Source: Pelagibius sp. (GTDB lineage Bacteria; Pseudomonadota; Alphaproteobacteria; Kiloniellales; Kiloniellaceae). Taken from it: 64,000 nt of DNA. Positions 54,736 through 64,000 of this stretch are shown piece by piece; positions within the stretch are counted from its first letter, which is position 1, and the number at the start of each line of letters is the position of its first letter. The notes below the pieces were generated by a model. That model did not search any database. It was given only the letters and a program-made list of their open reading frames with translations, and was not told the origin of the DNA. The stretch lies in assembly GCF_965233615.1 (NCBI RefSeq), contig NZ_OZ247495.1. One strand, 5' to 3'. A program made the position numbers and the translations under genes.

Positions 54736-55264
54736 TATCCGCTTCGATGAGAAGACCGGTGCCTGGTTCGGCCGCTCCATGCCGGTCGCGAGGGGCAAGA
54801 TGGAAAAACGGGTCTGGCGCTTCGACGACCTTACCCCCTCGCCCCGGGCCTTTCTGGACTGCGCCCTGCCCGGCCATGTCCGCACGCTCTACAGCGCCCT
54901 CGGCCATGGCTCCGACGAGGAACAGCTTGAAGGCACCGCCGTCGAGCAGGCCGAGAACTATCACATCGACTTCGTAAAGGCGGCACCGGGCAACGGCGCC
55001 GCCCTGCACAGCCACGGTTCCGAGGAGACCTTCGTCGCCCTCACCGGCAAGTGGGAGATCTTCTGGGGCGATGAGGGCAAGGACGGCGGCACGGTGCTGG
55101 AACCCTTCGACGGCATCGTCGTTCCCGGCGGCGTGCTGCGCGGTTTCCGGAACGTCGGCGAAGAGGAGGCGACCCTGATGGCGATCCTCGGTGCCCGCAA
55201 TGCCGGCCACTGCATCTGGGCCGAAAGCCTGCAACCCGCCTTCGCAGAACAGGCCGCCGAATAG
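54719..55264 (+). CDS. Cupin-domain protein
   Basis: The start is MRKELDIRF (54719), which overlaps the upstream gene by 17 nt. The cupin motif is GAALHSHGSEETFVALTGKWEI. Confidence 0.75.
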   Translation: MRKELDIRFDEKTGAWFGRSMPVARGKMEKRVWRFDDLTPSPRAFLDCALPGHVRTLYSALGHGSDEEQLEGTAVEQAENYHIDFVKAAPGNGAALHSHGSEETFVALTGKWEIFWGDEGKDGGTVLEPFDGIVVPGGVLRGFRNVGEEEATLMAILGARNAGHCIWAESLQPAFAEQAAE

Positions 55265-55300
55265 CGGATAGGAGAGACCGGGAAAACGAAGGAAAAAGAA

Positions 55301-55376
55301 TGGTGCCCAGGGGCGGAATCGAACCACCGACACCATGATTTTCAGTCATGTGCTCTACCAACTGAGCTACCTGGGC
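55301..55376 (-). tRNA. tRNA-Phe (anticodon GAA), CCA encoded
   Basis: Hand-folded cloverleaf of GCCCAGGTAGCTCAGTTGGTAGAGCACATGACTGAAAATCATGGTGTCGGTGGTTCGATTCCGCCCCTGGGCACCA. It has a 7-bp acceptor stem, a D arm (GCTC/GAGC), an anticodon stem (CATGA/TCATG) with loop CTGAAAA, and a T arm (GGTGG/CCGCC). Confidence 0.95.
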
Positions 55377-55536
55377 ACTGTATCGTTGGTATGGGAGGGG
55401 GCCTTGGCGGCCTGGCGGCTGCGGCTCCTCCGAACGCTGCAAGACAGCGACGCAGGCTTATAGGCCCTGGGCCCGGCCCTGTCCAGCCCCAAACCCGCCC
55501 GAAACTCGCCCCGAGCCGAAAGAATCCGGCGGCTTT

Positions 55537-56517
55537 TCAGGGCGCCAGCGTCAGACGCAGGGTAAGCGGCTGTTCGTCGCGCAAAACCGTGATTTCCACC
55601 ACCTCGCCCGGGCGTTTCAACTGGATGGCGCTGGTCGCCTCCGCCACCTTGCGCACCGGGCGGCCGTCCACGGCGGTGATCAGGTCGCCGACTTTCAGGC
55701 CCGCCGCCGCTCCGGCGCCGCCAGGCTGTACGCCCCAGAGCCGCAGGCCCGACCAGCGGCCCCGCTCCTCCGGCTCCAGCGGCGCCATGCCGAAGCCCGG
55801 CCTGCCGCGCCGCACCTCGCCGTAGGCCAGCAGGTCCTCCACCACACGCTGCACCAGCCCGGCGGAGACGGCGAAGTTGACGCCGATGTTGGCATCGCTT
55901 TCCTTGGTGAAGATCGCCGAGAGCAGGCCCACCAGCCGGCCCTGGGGGTCGACCAGCGCCCCGCCGGAAGCCCCGGGGTTCACCACCGCATCGGTCTGAA
56001 TGAAATCCTCGATCGGGTTGAAGCCGGTGCCCGCGCGGTGCACGGCGGAGACCACGCCGCAGGTGACCGAGAGATCGAGCCCGAACTGATTGCCCACGGC
56101 ACAGACCGGGTCGGCCAGCGCCGGCTCCGGCGCGTAGGGCAGCAGCGGCAGGTCGACGGCGATCTTCAGCAGCGCCAGGTCGCTGGGCCGGTCGACGCCC
56201 GCCAGTTCCGCCGCCACCTCGCGCCCGTCCGGCAGCCTGACTTTGATCGATGTGGCCCGGGCAACGACGTGATGGGCGGTCACCAGATAGCCGCCCTCGG
56301 CGATGGCCACCGCCGTGCCCTCCGGCGCCGCGCCCGGCGGCAGTTGGCGGCCCTGGCCGTAGCCGGGCCAGAGCGGCAGCACCGAAACCACCGAATTCAG
56401 AACCCCGGGTTCGAAGTCCGCGGCCCTCGGGCCCGGCGGCGTGATCAGCGCGATCCCCAGCAGCGCCACGACCGAGATCACGACCGCAAGCATCCGGCGG
56501 GGGGTCGACGCGGCCAT
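55537..56517 (-). CDS. S1C-family trypsin-like serine protease with PDZ domain (HtrA/DegP-like)
   Basis: N-terminal anchor, TAHHV (His), GASGGALVD (Ser) and a C-terminal PDZ domain (GLKVGDLITAVDGRPV). Confidence 0.88.
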   Translation of the reverse strand: MAASTPRRMLAVVISVVALLGIALITPPGPRAADFEPGVLNSVVSVLPLWPGYGQGRQLPPGAAPEGTAVAIAEGGYLVTAHHVVARATSIKVRLPDGREVAAELAGVDRPSDLALLKIAVDLPLLPYAPEPALADPVCAVGNQFGLDLSVTCGVVSAVHRAGTGFNPIEDFIQTDAVVNPGASGGALVDPQGRLVGLLSAIFTKESDANIGVNFAVSAGLVQRVVEDLLAYGEVRRGRPGFGMAPLEPEERGRWSGLRLWGVQPGGAGAAAGLKVGDLITAVDGRPVRKVAEATSAIQLKRPGEVVEITVLRDEQPLTLRLTLAP

Positions 56518-56520
56518 GAT

Positions 56521-56757
56521 CTAAAACTCGCCTTCGTCCGGGTCAGGGGCGCCTTCGCCCGCCGGCGCTTCCTCGGTCGGAATGCTGTAGTTGCCTTTCA
56601 ACCAGCGCCCCAGGTCGATATCGGCGCAGCGCTTCGAGCAGAAGGGCTGGTAGCGATGCACCGCCGGCGTCGAGCAGATCGGGCAGCGCCGCAGCCCTTT
56701 TCCTTTGCGCGGCAGGGGCACGACGCGCGCGTCGCTGTCGCTGTTGTCCTCTTCCAT
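56521..56757 (-). CDS. yacG: DNA gyrase inhibitor YacG (zinc finger)
   Basis: CPICSTPAVHRYQPFCSKRCADIDLGRWLKGNYSIP. Confidence 0.88.
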   Translation of the reverse strand: MEEDNSDSDARVVPLPRKGKGLRRCPICSTPAVHRYQPFCSKRCADIDLGRWLKGNYSIPTEEAPAGEGAPDPDEGEF

Positions 56758-56787
56758 AGGCGGCCTCCCTCCCAACGCCTCTCGATG

Positions 56788-57960
56788 TTAGCCTAGCACG
56801 AGGTCGTAGCTTTCCACCAAGGGGTCGGCAACCACCGCGAGCGGCGCACCGAGACGCTCAGCGACCGCTTCCAAAGCCGCCGCCTGTGCGCCTTGCAGCG
56901 CCGCCGCCACCGGCGGTGCGGCCCTGAGGCCGATCTTGGTAGCGCCGCTGCTTCTGGCTGCCGCGGCCCGGCGCAGCGCCTCGTAAGCCAGGGTCACCGG
57001 TGTTTTTTCCCAGCCCCTGCCGCCGAGGCCGCAGGGCCGGCAAAGCACCTCGTGCAGCGGCAGGCGTCCGCGGCGGCGGGTCATTTCCAGGAGGCCAGAG
57101 GGTGAAAGGCCGAAGACCTGGCAGGGCTCGGGATCTCCGGCGACGGCCTTGCGCAACGCCCCCGCCACCGCCTTGCGGTCTTCCGGCTTGCGCAACGCCA
57201 GGAAGTCGATGGCGATGAGCCCGGAAATGGCCCTCAGGCGCAGCTGTCGCGCTATCTCCGGCACCAGGGAGAGATTCACTTCCCGCGCCTGTACGGCGGC
57301 ACCGCCGCGCCCGTCGTGCCGCCCGGCGTTGACGTCGATGGCGGTCAAGGTCTGCACCGGCTCGATCAGCAGAGAGGCACCACCGGGCGTTTCGACAAGC
57401 GGCTGCAGCAGCGCCTCCACCTGGGTTTCGATCTCCCAGACCTCGAACAGCGGCGCCGGGTCGCTGTGCAGCGTGAAATCGTAGTTGCCAACCGCGGTCT
57501 GCGCCTTCAAGCGGTTCATCAGGGCCACGTCATCGGTGACCACCGTTTCCGGCGCGGCGGCTCTCAGCAAAGTGAGCAAGGGGCCGTTCTCGGCCGGCAA
57601 ACGCGCCGGGGCCTTACGGCCGGTCAGACGTTCGGCCTCCTCAGGGCTGAGCTTGGCGGAGACCCGGGCGCCCTTGTCGCCGCCCGGCGCCCGCAGCACC
57701 TTCACCGGCAGCGTGGTACCTTCGGCGGGCAACGGTCCGGTCATCTCCTGCCGAGGCAGCAGCCCGGGCCGTTCCAGACCCAGTTCGACGAAGGCACCGT
57801 CAAGCCCTTTTTCGAAACGCAGCAGCCGCGCCAGGAAAAGATCACCCGCCTGGGGCGGCCCGTCGTCCCGCAGCACCAGAAGATCGGTCAGCCGGTCGCC
57901 GGTCAGAACCGCCGCCCGCACCTCACCGGGCAGGGCGGAGACGATCAGCTTGCCCGGCAT
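56788..57960 (-). CDS. Ribonuclease E/G-family protein, compact form (390 aa)
   Basis: S1-like N-terminus (GDLFLARLLRFEKGLDGAFVELG) and catalytic-core Asp blocks TAIDVNAG and LIAIDFL. It sits in the conserved maf - rne/rng-like - yacG arrangement. Confidence 0.8.
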   Translation of the reverse strand: MPGKLIVSALPGEVRAAVLTGDRLTDLLVLRDDGPPQAGDLFLARLLRFEKGLDGAFVELGLERPGLLPRQEMTGPLPAEGTTLPVKVLRAPGGDKGARVSAKLSPEEAERLTGRKAPARLPAENGPLLTLLRAAAPETVVTDDVALMNRLKAQTAVGNYDFTLHSDPAPLFEVWEIETQVEALLQPLVETPGGASLLIEPVQTLTAIDVNAGRHDGRGGAAVQAREVNLSLVPEIARQLRLRAISGLIAIDFLALRKPEDRKAVAGALRKAVAGDPEPCQVFGLSPSGLLEMTRRRGRLPLHEVLCRPCGLGGRGWEKTPVTLAYEALRRAAAARSSGATKIGLRAAPPVAAALQGAQAAALEAVAERLGAPLAVVADPLVESYDLVLG

Positions 57961-57966
57961 GCCCGA

Positions 57967-58596
57967 TCAGGCCCTGTAACCCAGGCCGGTCAGCAGATTG
58001 CGGGTCTCCACCAGGGGCAGGCCGACCACATTGGGGTAGGAGCCGATGATCCGCGGGATGAATGCGGCCGCAAGGCCCTGGATGGCATAGCCGCCGGCCT
58101 TGCCGCGCCACTCGCCGCTCGCCAGGTAGCCGTCGATCTCAGCCCGGGAAAGCCGCTTGAAGGTCACCGCCGTGGTCACCAGCGTCTCGGCGCAGCGCCC
58201 GTCCGGGGCGCGGGCGACGACGGCGCCCAGCACCCGGTGGCGCCGCCCGGACAACAAGGAAAGGCAGGCTCTTGCCGCGTCTTCGTTTTCCGGCTTCGGC
58301 AGAATACGCCGCCCGACCGCGACCACGGTATCCGCCGCCAGGATGAAGTCGCCGCCATGGCGCCCGGCCACGGCAGCGGCTTTCTCCGCTGCGATTCGCT
58401 TGGCATAGCGCGCGGGCAGTTCGCCCTTCTTCGGTGTTTCGTCAATATCGGCGGGATCGATGTCCGCCGGTGTCATGCCGATCTGCTGCAGCAGTTGCAG
58501 ACGGCGCGGCGAGGCCGAGGCCAGCACAAGCAATGCCGCCTTCGCAGGCTCTGCGGCATCAGCCGAAGCGGTTGCCTTGCCCTGGGCGACGGCCAT
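57967..58596 (-). CDS. maf: Maf-family nucleoside triphosphate pyrophosphatase
   Basis: LVLASASPRRLQLLQQIG, ADTVV and GGYAIQG. Confidence 0.92.
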   Translation of the reverse strand: MAVAQGKATASADAAEPAKAALLVLASASPRRLQLLQQIGMTPADIDPADIDETPKKGELPARYAKRIAAEKAAAVAGRHGGDFILAADTVVAVGRRILPKPENEDAARACLSLLSGRRHRVLGAVVARAPDGRCAETLVTTAVTFKRLSRAEIDGYLASGEWRGKAGGYAIQGLAAAFIPRIIGSYPNVVGLPLVETRNLLTGLGYRA

Positions 58597-58612
58597 GCTG
58601 CGGCCCGCCGTC

Positions 58613-58831
58613 TTACTTGTAGCGGAAAGTGATGCGGCCCTTGGTCAGGTCATAGGGCGTCATTTCCACGTTCACGCGGTCTCCCGCTAGAACGCGGATG
58701 CGGTGCTTGCGCATCTTGCCGGCCGTGTGGGCCAGCACTTCGTGGTCGTTGTCCAACTTGACGCGGAACATCGCGTTGGGCAGCAGCTCAACCACGGTAC
58801 CCTGGAACTCTAGGAGGTCTTCCTTGGCCAT
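58613..58831 (-). CDS. infA: Translation initiation factor IF-1
   Basis: [72 protein letters not shown]. Confidence 0.98.
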   Translation of the reverse strand: MAKEDLLEFQGTVVELLPNAMFRVKLDNDHEVLAHTAGKMRKHRIRVLAGDRVNVEMTPYDLTKGRITFRYK

Positions 58832-59009
58832 CAGTCCTTCGATCTTGAAAGTTCTGCCGAAGCGGATAGCGCCCCGGCCCCGATCATCTCCTGATCCCGG
58901 CCTCTCACCCCGGGAAAACGCGGCGGATCATACATAAAAGCCCGGCGAAGAACAAACGCCCCGATCAGCCCCGGAAAACACGGCAAAAAGCCCGGAGATC
59001 GGTGGGTTT

Positions 59010-59453
59010 CTAACGATCCGGCTTCAGGTCCAGGGTGAAGCGCTCCTCGATCCGCTTGCGCAGTTGGTCGCGAACCGCGCGAAAAGCCTGCAGCCGGGTT
59101 TCGCGGCTGCCCTCGATCAGGCTGGGATCGAAGGTGTTCCAGAACTCCACGTCGCAGGCCATGGTGCGGGTCAGGTCGACCGCCTTGTGCTGCGCCTCCG
59201 GCGAGAGGGAAATGATCAGGTCGTAAGAGGTGTCCTCTAGATCGTCGAAGGATTTGGAGCGGTGTTTCGAGAGATCGATCCCGAGCTCGTCCATCACCTC
59301 GACCACAAAGCCGTCGACATCCTGCGGGCGCACGCCGACGGAATCGACATAGATCCGATGGCCCAGCAGGTGTTTCAACAGGGCCTCGCCCATCGGCGAG
59401 CGCACGGAATTGTGGCTGCAGGCGAAGAGAACGGCCTCGGGCAGATCGGCCAT
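59010..59453 (-). CDS. Low-molecular-weight phosphotyrosine phosphatase / ArsC-like family protein
   Basis: The C-x5-R-S P-loop CSHNSVRS is near the N-terminus. 147 aa. Confidence 0.88.
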   Translation of the reverse strand: MADLPEAVLFACSHNSVRSPMGEALLKHLLGHRIYVDSVGVRPQDVDGFVVEVMDELGIDLSKHRSKSFDDLEDTSYDLIISLSPEAQHKAVDLTRTMACDVEFWNTFDPSLIEGSRETRLQAFRAVRDQLRKRIEERFTLDLKPDR

Positions 59454-59459
59454 GCGGGC

Positions 59460-59972
59460 CTAACCGCGGATATGCAGGACGCAGATCAGCGTGAAGAGCC
59501 GCCGCGCCGTCTGAAAGTCGATCTCGATCTTGCCCTCAAGGCGCTCGCGCAACAGCTCGGAGCCGTCGTTGTGCAAACCGCGCCGCCCCATGTCGATGGA
59601 CTCGATCTTGGCCGGGCTCGCCGTCTTGATCGCGTCGTAGTAGGTCTCGCAGACGGTGAAGTAATCCTTGATCACCCGGCGAAAGGGCGTCAACGGCAGG
59701 GTCACCACCCCGAGACTATCCTGCTGTTCCGTGCGGATGTCCCAGAGCAACCGGTTCTCCGCAATCGACAGATGAAGGTGATAGGGGCCGGAAAAGTCGC
59801 CGACCGGAAAGAACGAATTCTCCTCCAGCAGATCATAGATCGCGACGGCGCGCTCGTGTTCCACTTCCGGGCTGCGGCGCACGACAGAGGAATCGTCCAG
59901 GGTGATGTCGGTCAGCTTCTGGCTCGGTCCCGGCGCCTTGTCCGCCGCTTCGCCCCCGCTCTCTTCAGCCAT
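59460..59972 (-). CDS. UPF0262-family protein
   Basis: [17 protein letters not shown]...[19 protein letters not shown] is a conserved alphaproteobacterial family. Confidence 0.85.
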   Translation of the reverse strand: MAEESGGEAADKAPGPSQKLTDITLDDSSVVRRSPEVEHERAVAIYDLLEENSFFPVGDFSGPYHLHLSIAENRLLWDIRTEQQDSLGVVTLPLTPFRRVIKDYFTVCETYYDAIKTASPAKIESIDMGRRGLHNDGSELLRERLEGKIEIDFQTARRLFTLICVLHIRG

Positions 59973-60002
59973 GCCCGCTCTGCCCCCTGGTCTATCGCCG
60001 GA

Positions 60003-61310
60003 TCAGGCAGGTTCTGGGTTGGCGGCAAGACGCAGCGCCACCGACTTTGCATGGGCATCGAGGCCCTCAGCCTCCGCCAGACGCACGGCGGCCGGGCCGA
60101 TGGTCTGAAGAGATTCGGCGTCGCAGGCGATCAGCGAGGAACGCTTCATGAAGTCGAGCACCGAGAGCCCGGAGGAAAAGCGCGCCGAGCGGGCCGTCGG
60201 CAGGACGTGATTGGGGCCCGCCAGATAGTCGCCGACAGCCTCCGGCGTATAGCGCCCAAGGAAGATGGCGCCGGCATTGCGGATCCGTCTTGCCAGGGCA
60301 TCGGGGTCGGTCACCGCCAGTTCCAGATGCTCAGGCGCGATGCGGTCGGTCAGGGCCGGCGCCTCCTCCATCGACACAAGCGTGATCACCGCGCCGTGGC
60401 AGCGCCAGCTCTCTGCGGCGATGGTGCCGCGCGGCAGTTCCGCGAGCTGAGACTCGACCGCCGCGACGACGGCATCGGCAAAGTCCGCATCGTCGGTCAT
60501 CAGGATCGACTGCGCGGCGGTATCGTGTTCGGCCTGGGACAGCAGATCGGCGGCGATCAGGTCGGGGCGGTTGTCGCCATCGGCCACCACCAGAATTTCC
60601 GACGGACCGGCAATCATGTCGATACCGACGGTCCCGAAGACCCGGCGTTTGGCGGCAGCCACATAGGCGTTGCCGGGACCGACGATCTTGTCGACGGGGG
60701 CGATGGTCGCGGTGCCGTAGGCCAGGGCGGCAACCGCCTGGGCGCCGCCGATGCGATAGACCTCGGTCACCCCGGCCAGACGCGCCGCCGCCAGGACCAG
60801 CGGGTTCACCACGCCGTCGGGGGTCGGCACGGTCATCACCAGGCGCTCAACCCCGGCAACCTTGGCCGGCAGCGCGTTCATCAGCACCGAGGAAGGATAG
60901 GCGGCGGTACCGCCGGGAACATAGAGGCCGGCGGCCTGAACCGCGGTCCAGCGATGCCCCAGCCGCACCCCGGCCGCATCGCGGTAGTCGAGATCTTCGG
61001 GTTTCTGGCGGCGGTGATAGTCGGCAATGCGCTCGGCCGCCAGTTCCAGAGCCGCCAGCGTTTCCGGGTCGCATCGGCCCGCGGCTTCCGCCAGCTCGGC
61101 TTCGGAGAACCGCAGCGTCTCCGCGCTCAGTTCAAGACGATCAAAGCGCGCCGTATAGCGCAGCACCGCCGCATCGCCCTCCCGGCGAACCGCCGTCAGG
61201 ATTTCGGCGACGGCGGCATCGACGTCCTCGTCGGTCTCACGCTTGCTGCCCAGCAGGGCGGCGAAGGCGGTTTCGAAATCCCTGTCGCTGCTGTTCAGCC
61301 TAAGCGGCAT
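60003..61310 (-). CDS. hisD: Histidinol dehydrogenase
   Basis: The start is [12 protein letters not shown] (61310). Blocks [22 protein letters not shown] and [12 protein letters not shown] are present. Confidence 0.95.
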   Translation of the reverse strand: MPLRLNSSDRDFETAFAALLGSKRETDEDVDAAVAEILTAVRREGDAAVLRYTARFDRLELSAETLRFSEAELAEAAGRCDPETLAALELAAERIADYHRRQKPEDLDYRDAAGVRLGHRWTAVQAAGLYVPGGTAAYPSSVLMNALPAKVAGVERLVMTVPTPDGVVNPLVLAAARLAGVTEVYRIGGAQAVAALAYGTATIAPVDKIVGPGNAYVAAAKRRVFGTVGIDMIAGPSEILVVADGDNRPDLIAADLLSQAEHDTAAQSILMTDDADFADAVVAAVESQLAELPRGTIAAESWRCHGAVITLVSMEEAPALTDRIAPEHLELAVTDPDALARRIRNAGAIFLGRYTPEAVGDYLAGPNHVLPTARSARFSSGLSVLDFMKRSSLIACDAESLQTIGPAAVRLAEAEGLDAHAKSVALRLAANPEPA

Positions 61311-62007
61311 CGGCGACCTCGCGGAAGCGCTCGACCAGGTCGGAGAGTTCCTCCGAGCGGGTCTTGAAGGCGGCACGGTTGACGACCAGGCGCGAGGTCA
61401 CCTCGGCAATGGTTTCCATCTCCACCAGGTCGTTGGCCCGCAGGGTCGAACCGGTGGAAACCAGATCGACAATGCGGCGGCAGAGCCCCAGACCGGGCGC
61501 CAGTTCCATGGCGCCGTTCAGCTTGATGCACTCCGCCTGCACGCCGCGCGCGGCGAAGTGCCGCCGGGTGATTTCCGGATACTTGGTCGCGACCCGGATA
61601 TGGCTCCAGCGGCTGGGGTCGTCGCTTTCCGCCAGATGCCGCGGAGCGGCGACCGACAGGCGGCAATGACCGATATCCAGGTCGACCGGCGCATAGAGCT
61701 CCGGGTAGTCGAACTCCATCAGGATGTCGTTGCCCGCAACCCCCAGGTGGGCGGCACCGAAAGCGACGAAGGTGGCCACGTCGAAGGAGCGGACGCGGAT
61801 GATGTCCAGGCCCGGCAGGTTGGTCGAAAAGCGCAGCTGGCGGGCATTATCGTCGGCAAAAGCCGCCTCCGGCTCGATCCCCACCCGGGTCATCAGAGGC
61901 GTCAGTTCCTTCAGGATACGGCCCTTGGGCACCGCCAGGATCAGGGCTTCGTTCGAGGTCACGCTCAGGCTCCACTGGTTTTCGTCAATAAAGGCCGGAC
62001 CTTCCAA
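61300..62007 (-). CDS. hisG: ATP phosphoribosyltransferase, short form (start uncertain)
   Basis: [23 protein letters not shown] and [12 protein letters not shown]. An internal GTG ([14 protein letters not shown]) is a plausible true start. The gene overlaps hisD by 11 nt. Confidence 0.9.
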   Translation of the reverse strand: MEGPAFIDENQWSLSVTSNEALILAVPKGRILKELTPLMTRVGIEPEAAFADDNARQLRFSTNLPGLDIIRVRSFDVATFVAFGAAHLGVAGNDILMEFDYPELYAPVDLDIGHCRLSVAAPRHLAESDDPSRWSHIRVATKYPEITRRHFAARGVQAECIKLNGAMELAPGLGLCRRIVDLVSTGSTLRANDLVEMETIAEVTSRLVVNRAAFKTRSEELSDLVERFREVADAA

Positions 62008-62142
62008 GGCCGGCGGATATCGCTGGAAGCGGTGGAAGCGGCCGCTCCAGCCGCCCTGGTATGGCTATTTTTGCCTGGAATTGCCACCGCCTTTTTTCCG
62101 CAGCCGGGGCTGCAAATCGGACGGATCAGGCGGCCAGCCCGG

Positions 62143-62712
62143 CTAGTTGCTGCTGCTTTCCGACTGCGCCTCGGCCTTATCGCCATCCCCGGGGGAATCT
62201 GAGGCACCGTCGTGGGCGCCATCATGATCGGGACGCCAGCGGGTCGGCCAGGGCCGGCCGAGGTCTTCCAGATGGCAGTGCACCGAGGCGATCTCCAGGC
62301 GCACCGCCGCGTCCCCGGAGAACAACAGGGTGATCGACCGGGGCTCCGAGGTGATGGTCAGCAGGCTCAGAATCTCGTCCTTGTCCGCCGGCGACATGCC
62401 TCGGAAACGCACACGCTCCACCTTGTCGAAGCAAATCCCGCTGTTGACCCGCTCAAAAGGCGGCGGATTGTCGCTGTCGTCGAAGGCGGCATCTTCGCCT
62501 TCGGGCATCTCCACCGGCTGGGACGGTGCAGGGGTTTCCGCCGCCTGATCCTTCGGCCATTGAAAACGGTTGGCAACCATGACGAAGCGCTTTTCCTTGG
62601 CCAGAAAAGCCATATCGGCCAGGGGCACCAGGGCGTCCTGCAACAGGGCCGCGATGACGTCCATGTCCTCCGGATCCAGGGCCCGAAGTTTCAGCGGCGC
62701 GGTTTCTGACAT
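62143..62712 (-). CDS. DUF2948-family protein
   Basis: The start is MSETAPLKLRALDPEDMDVIAALLQDALV (62712). The C-terminal block is ITLLFSGDAAVRLEIASVHCHLEDLG. Confidence 0.8.
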   Translation of the reverse strand: MSETAPLKLRALDPEDMDVIAALLQDALVPLADMAFLAKEKRFVMVANRFQWPKDQAAETPAPSQPVEMPEGEDAAFDDSDNPPPFERVNSGICFDKVERVRFRGMSPADKDEILSLLTITSEPRSITLLFSGDAAVRLEIASVHCHLEDLGRPWPTRWRPDHDGAHDGASDSPGDGDKAEAQSESSSN

Positions 62713-62737
62713 TGCGGCGTCTCCGTCCCTTCCATCC

Positions 62738-64000
62738 CTAGCGCGGCGCCTGGCGGCGCGCAATGTCGGCGCCGCAGGCAGCCAGCTTCTGTTCCAGACA
62801 CTCGTAGCCGCGGTCCAGGTGATAGACCCGGTTCAGCACGGTCTCCCCCTCCGCGGCCAGGCCGGCGAGGACCAAGGAGACCGAGGCGCGCAGATCGGTC
62901 GCCATAACCTCCGCGCCGGTCAGCGTTTCCTGCCCGCGCACCAGGGCGGAGGCCCCATGCACATTGACGCTGGCACCCATGCGGCTGAGTTCCGGCACGT
63001 GCATAAAGCGGTTCTCGAAGATTGATTCGGTGATCATGGAGGCCCCTTCGGCCGTGGACATAAGGGCCATGGTCTGGGCCTGCAGGTCGGTGGGAAAACC
63101 GGGATAGGGCTCCGTCATCACATCGACGCCCTGCACCCGCCCGTTGGCCCGCTGCACCTTGAGGCCGCGGTTGGTTTCCTGCACCACGATCCCGGCCTCG
63201 GTCAGAACCTTGATCACCGCAGACAGGTGGTCGGCGCGGCCGCCGATCAGATCCAGTTCGCCGTCGGTGATTGCCGCCGCCATGGCATAGGTGCCGGTCT
63301 CGATGCGGTCGGCGACCACGCTGTGGCTGGCGCCATGCAGCCTGTCGACCCCGCGCACGGTGATACGGTCGCTGCCCAGCCCCTCGATCTCCGCGCCCAT
63401 CTTGATCAGGCAGTCGCCGAGGTCGATGACCTCCGGCTCGCGGGCGGCATTCACCAACTGGGTCTCACCCTTGGCGAGGCAGGCCGCCATCAGCAGGTTC
63501 TCCGTCGCCCCCACCGAGACCTTGGGAAAGACCACCGAAGCGCCGACGAGCCCTTTGGGCGCCGAGGCATAGATGTAGCCTTCCTTCAGCTCGATTTCGG
63601 CCCCGAGCCGTTCCAGACCGTTGAGGTGCAGATCCACCGGGCGGGTGCCGATGGCGCAGCCGCCGGGCAGGGAAACCTGAGCCCGTCCTTCGCGCGCCAG
63701 GATCGGCCCCAGGACCAGCACCGAGGCGCGCATCTTGCGCACCAGATCGTAGGGCGCCACTACCGAGGTGATTTCAGCCGCCTGCAGGTCAAGGACCCCG
63801 CCGTTGCTGCCGTTCTTCACCCCGCCGTTCATATGCAGATTGACGCCGTGCTGGGCCAGCAGACGGGCCATGGTGGCGATGTCGGCCAGATGCGGCACGT
63901 TGGAAAGCGCCAGCGTTTCCTCGGTCAGCAGGCTGGCGGCCATCAGCGGCAGCGCGGCATTCTTCGCCCCGCTGATCCTGATCTCGCCCTTCAACGGCTT
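62738..64000 (-). CDS. murA: UDP-N-acetylglucosamine 1-carboxyvinyltransferase; 5' end lies outside the window
   Basis: [23 protein letters not shown] and FPTDLQAQ. The frame stays open to nt 64000. Confidence 0.95.
   Translation of the reverse strand, partial: KPLKGEIRISGAKNAALPLMAASLLTEETLALSNVPHLADIATMARLLAQHGVNLHMNGGVKNGSNGGVLDLQAAEITSVVAPYDLVRKMRASVLVLGPILAREGRAQVSLPGGCAIGTRPVDLHLNGLERLGAEIELKEGYIYASAPKGLVGASVVFPKVSVGATENLLMAACLAKGETQLVNAAREPEVIDLGDCLIKMGAEIEGLGSDRITVRGVDRLHGASHSVVADRIETGTYAMAAAITDGELDLIGGRADHLSAVIKVLTEAGIVVQETNRGLKVQRANGRVQGVDVMTEPYPGFPTDLQAQTMALMSTAEGASMITESIFENRFMHVPELSRMGASVNVHGASALVRGQETLTGAEVMATDLRASVSLVLAGLAAEGETVLNRVYHLDRGYECLEQKLAACGADIARRQAPR

Noticed and set aside
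45901-55376. Genomic island integrated at tRNA-Phe.
   Set aside because: No integrase, excisionase or phage/conjugation gene is present, and I saw no direct repeat of the tRNA 3' end in the adjacent region. Composition and codon style look like the rest of the window. Adjacency to the tRNA alone is not evidence.
59262-61367. 701-aa + strand ORF over the UPF0262 and hisD genes. Similar cases are 41715-43469 (584 aa), 21776-23263 (495 aa), 20415-21722 (435 aa), 24534-25856 (440 aa), 52826-54127 (433 aa), 57316-58632 (438 aa), 49618-50916 (432 aa) and 30598-31878 (426 aa).
   Set aside because: Each lies antisense to a gene with strong family motifs (hisD, ABC permease, DEAD-box helicase, DUF2189, GlxA, MetE-like, maf/RNase G-like, tctA, CoA-transferase). 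Their translations are repetitive Arg/Gly/Asp/His-rich and motif-free.

Overview
High-GC, alphaproteobacterial-type chromosomal segment with about 70 tightly packed genes on both strands. Left to right: (1) the 3' end of an FAD-linked oxidase, then an IS5-family (IS427-like) element. (2) DMT/EamA exporters, an outer-membrane beta-barrel candidate, a long acyl-CoA dehydrogenase, and a LysR regulator followed by a small HNH protein. (3) glpK, a mini ParB-like protein, an IS481-family element and phaZ. (4) A His-rich NicO-type metal transporter and two tandem half-size permease paralogs. (5) Miscellaneous enzymes (enolase superfamily, thioesterase, GNAT, SDR, bluB) and a DEAD-box helicase. (6) A patch of small DUF genes flanked by two PhyH-type dioxygenases. 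(7) A ~15 kb divergent catabolic supercluster: CoA-transferase, crotonase, TRAP transporter and class-V aminotransferase on one strand; a YdiJ-like FAD/Fe-S dehydrogenase, GntR and an Fbp-type ABC importer on the other. (8) A TctCBA-LacI-sulfatase operon diverging from a MetE-like/esterase/cupin operon. (9) tRNA-Phe(GAA). (10) A conserved housekeeping block: HtrA-like protease, yacG, RNase E/G-like, maf, infA, LMW-PTP, UPF0262, hisD, hisG, DUF2948 and partial murA. I saw no rRNA, CRISPR array, prophage, integrase or recognisable defence or secretion system. Many of the longest ORFs in the track are antisense shadow ORFs of real genes, as expected in high-GC3 DNA. The best leads are: an orphan minus-strand intrinsic terminator preceded by stacked hairpins (candidate sRNA, 8762-8960); the TTT transporter / embedded LacI / signal-less sulfatase operon with a perfect 14-bp palindromic operator over its promoter; the two-transporter catabolic supercluster of unknown substrate; the paired half-permeases; a 57-aa DUF4169 gene missed by the ORF track; and two IS insertions at TA/CTAG palindromic targets. 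None of these can be shown to be novel from sequence alone, and I do not see a compelling new multi-gene system. Coordinates derived by hand from the raw sequence may be off by 1-2 nt.
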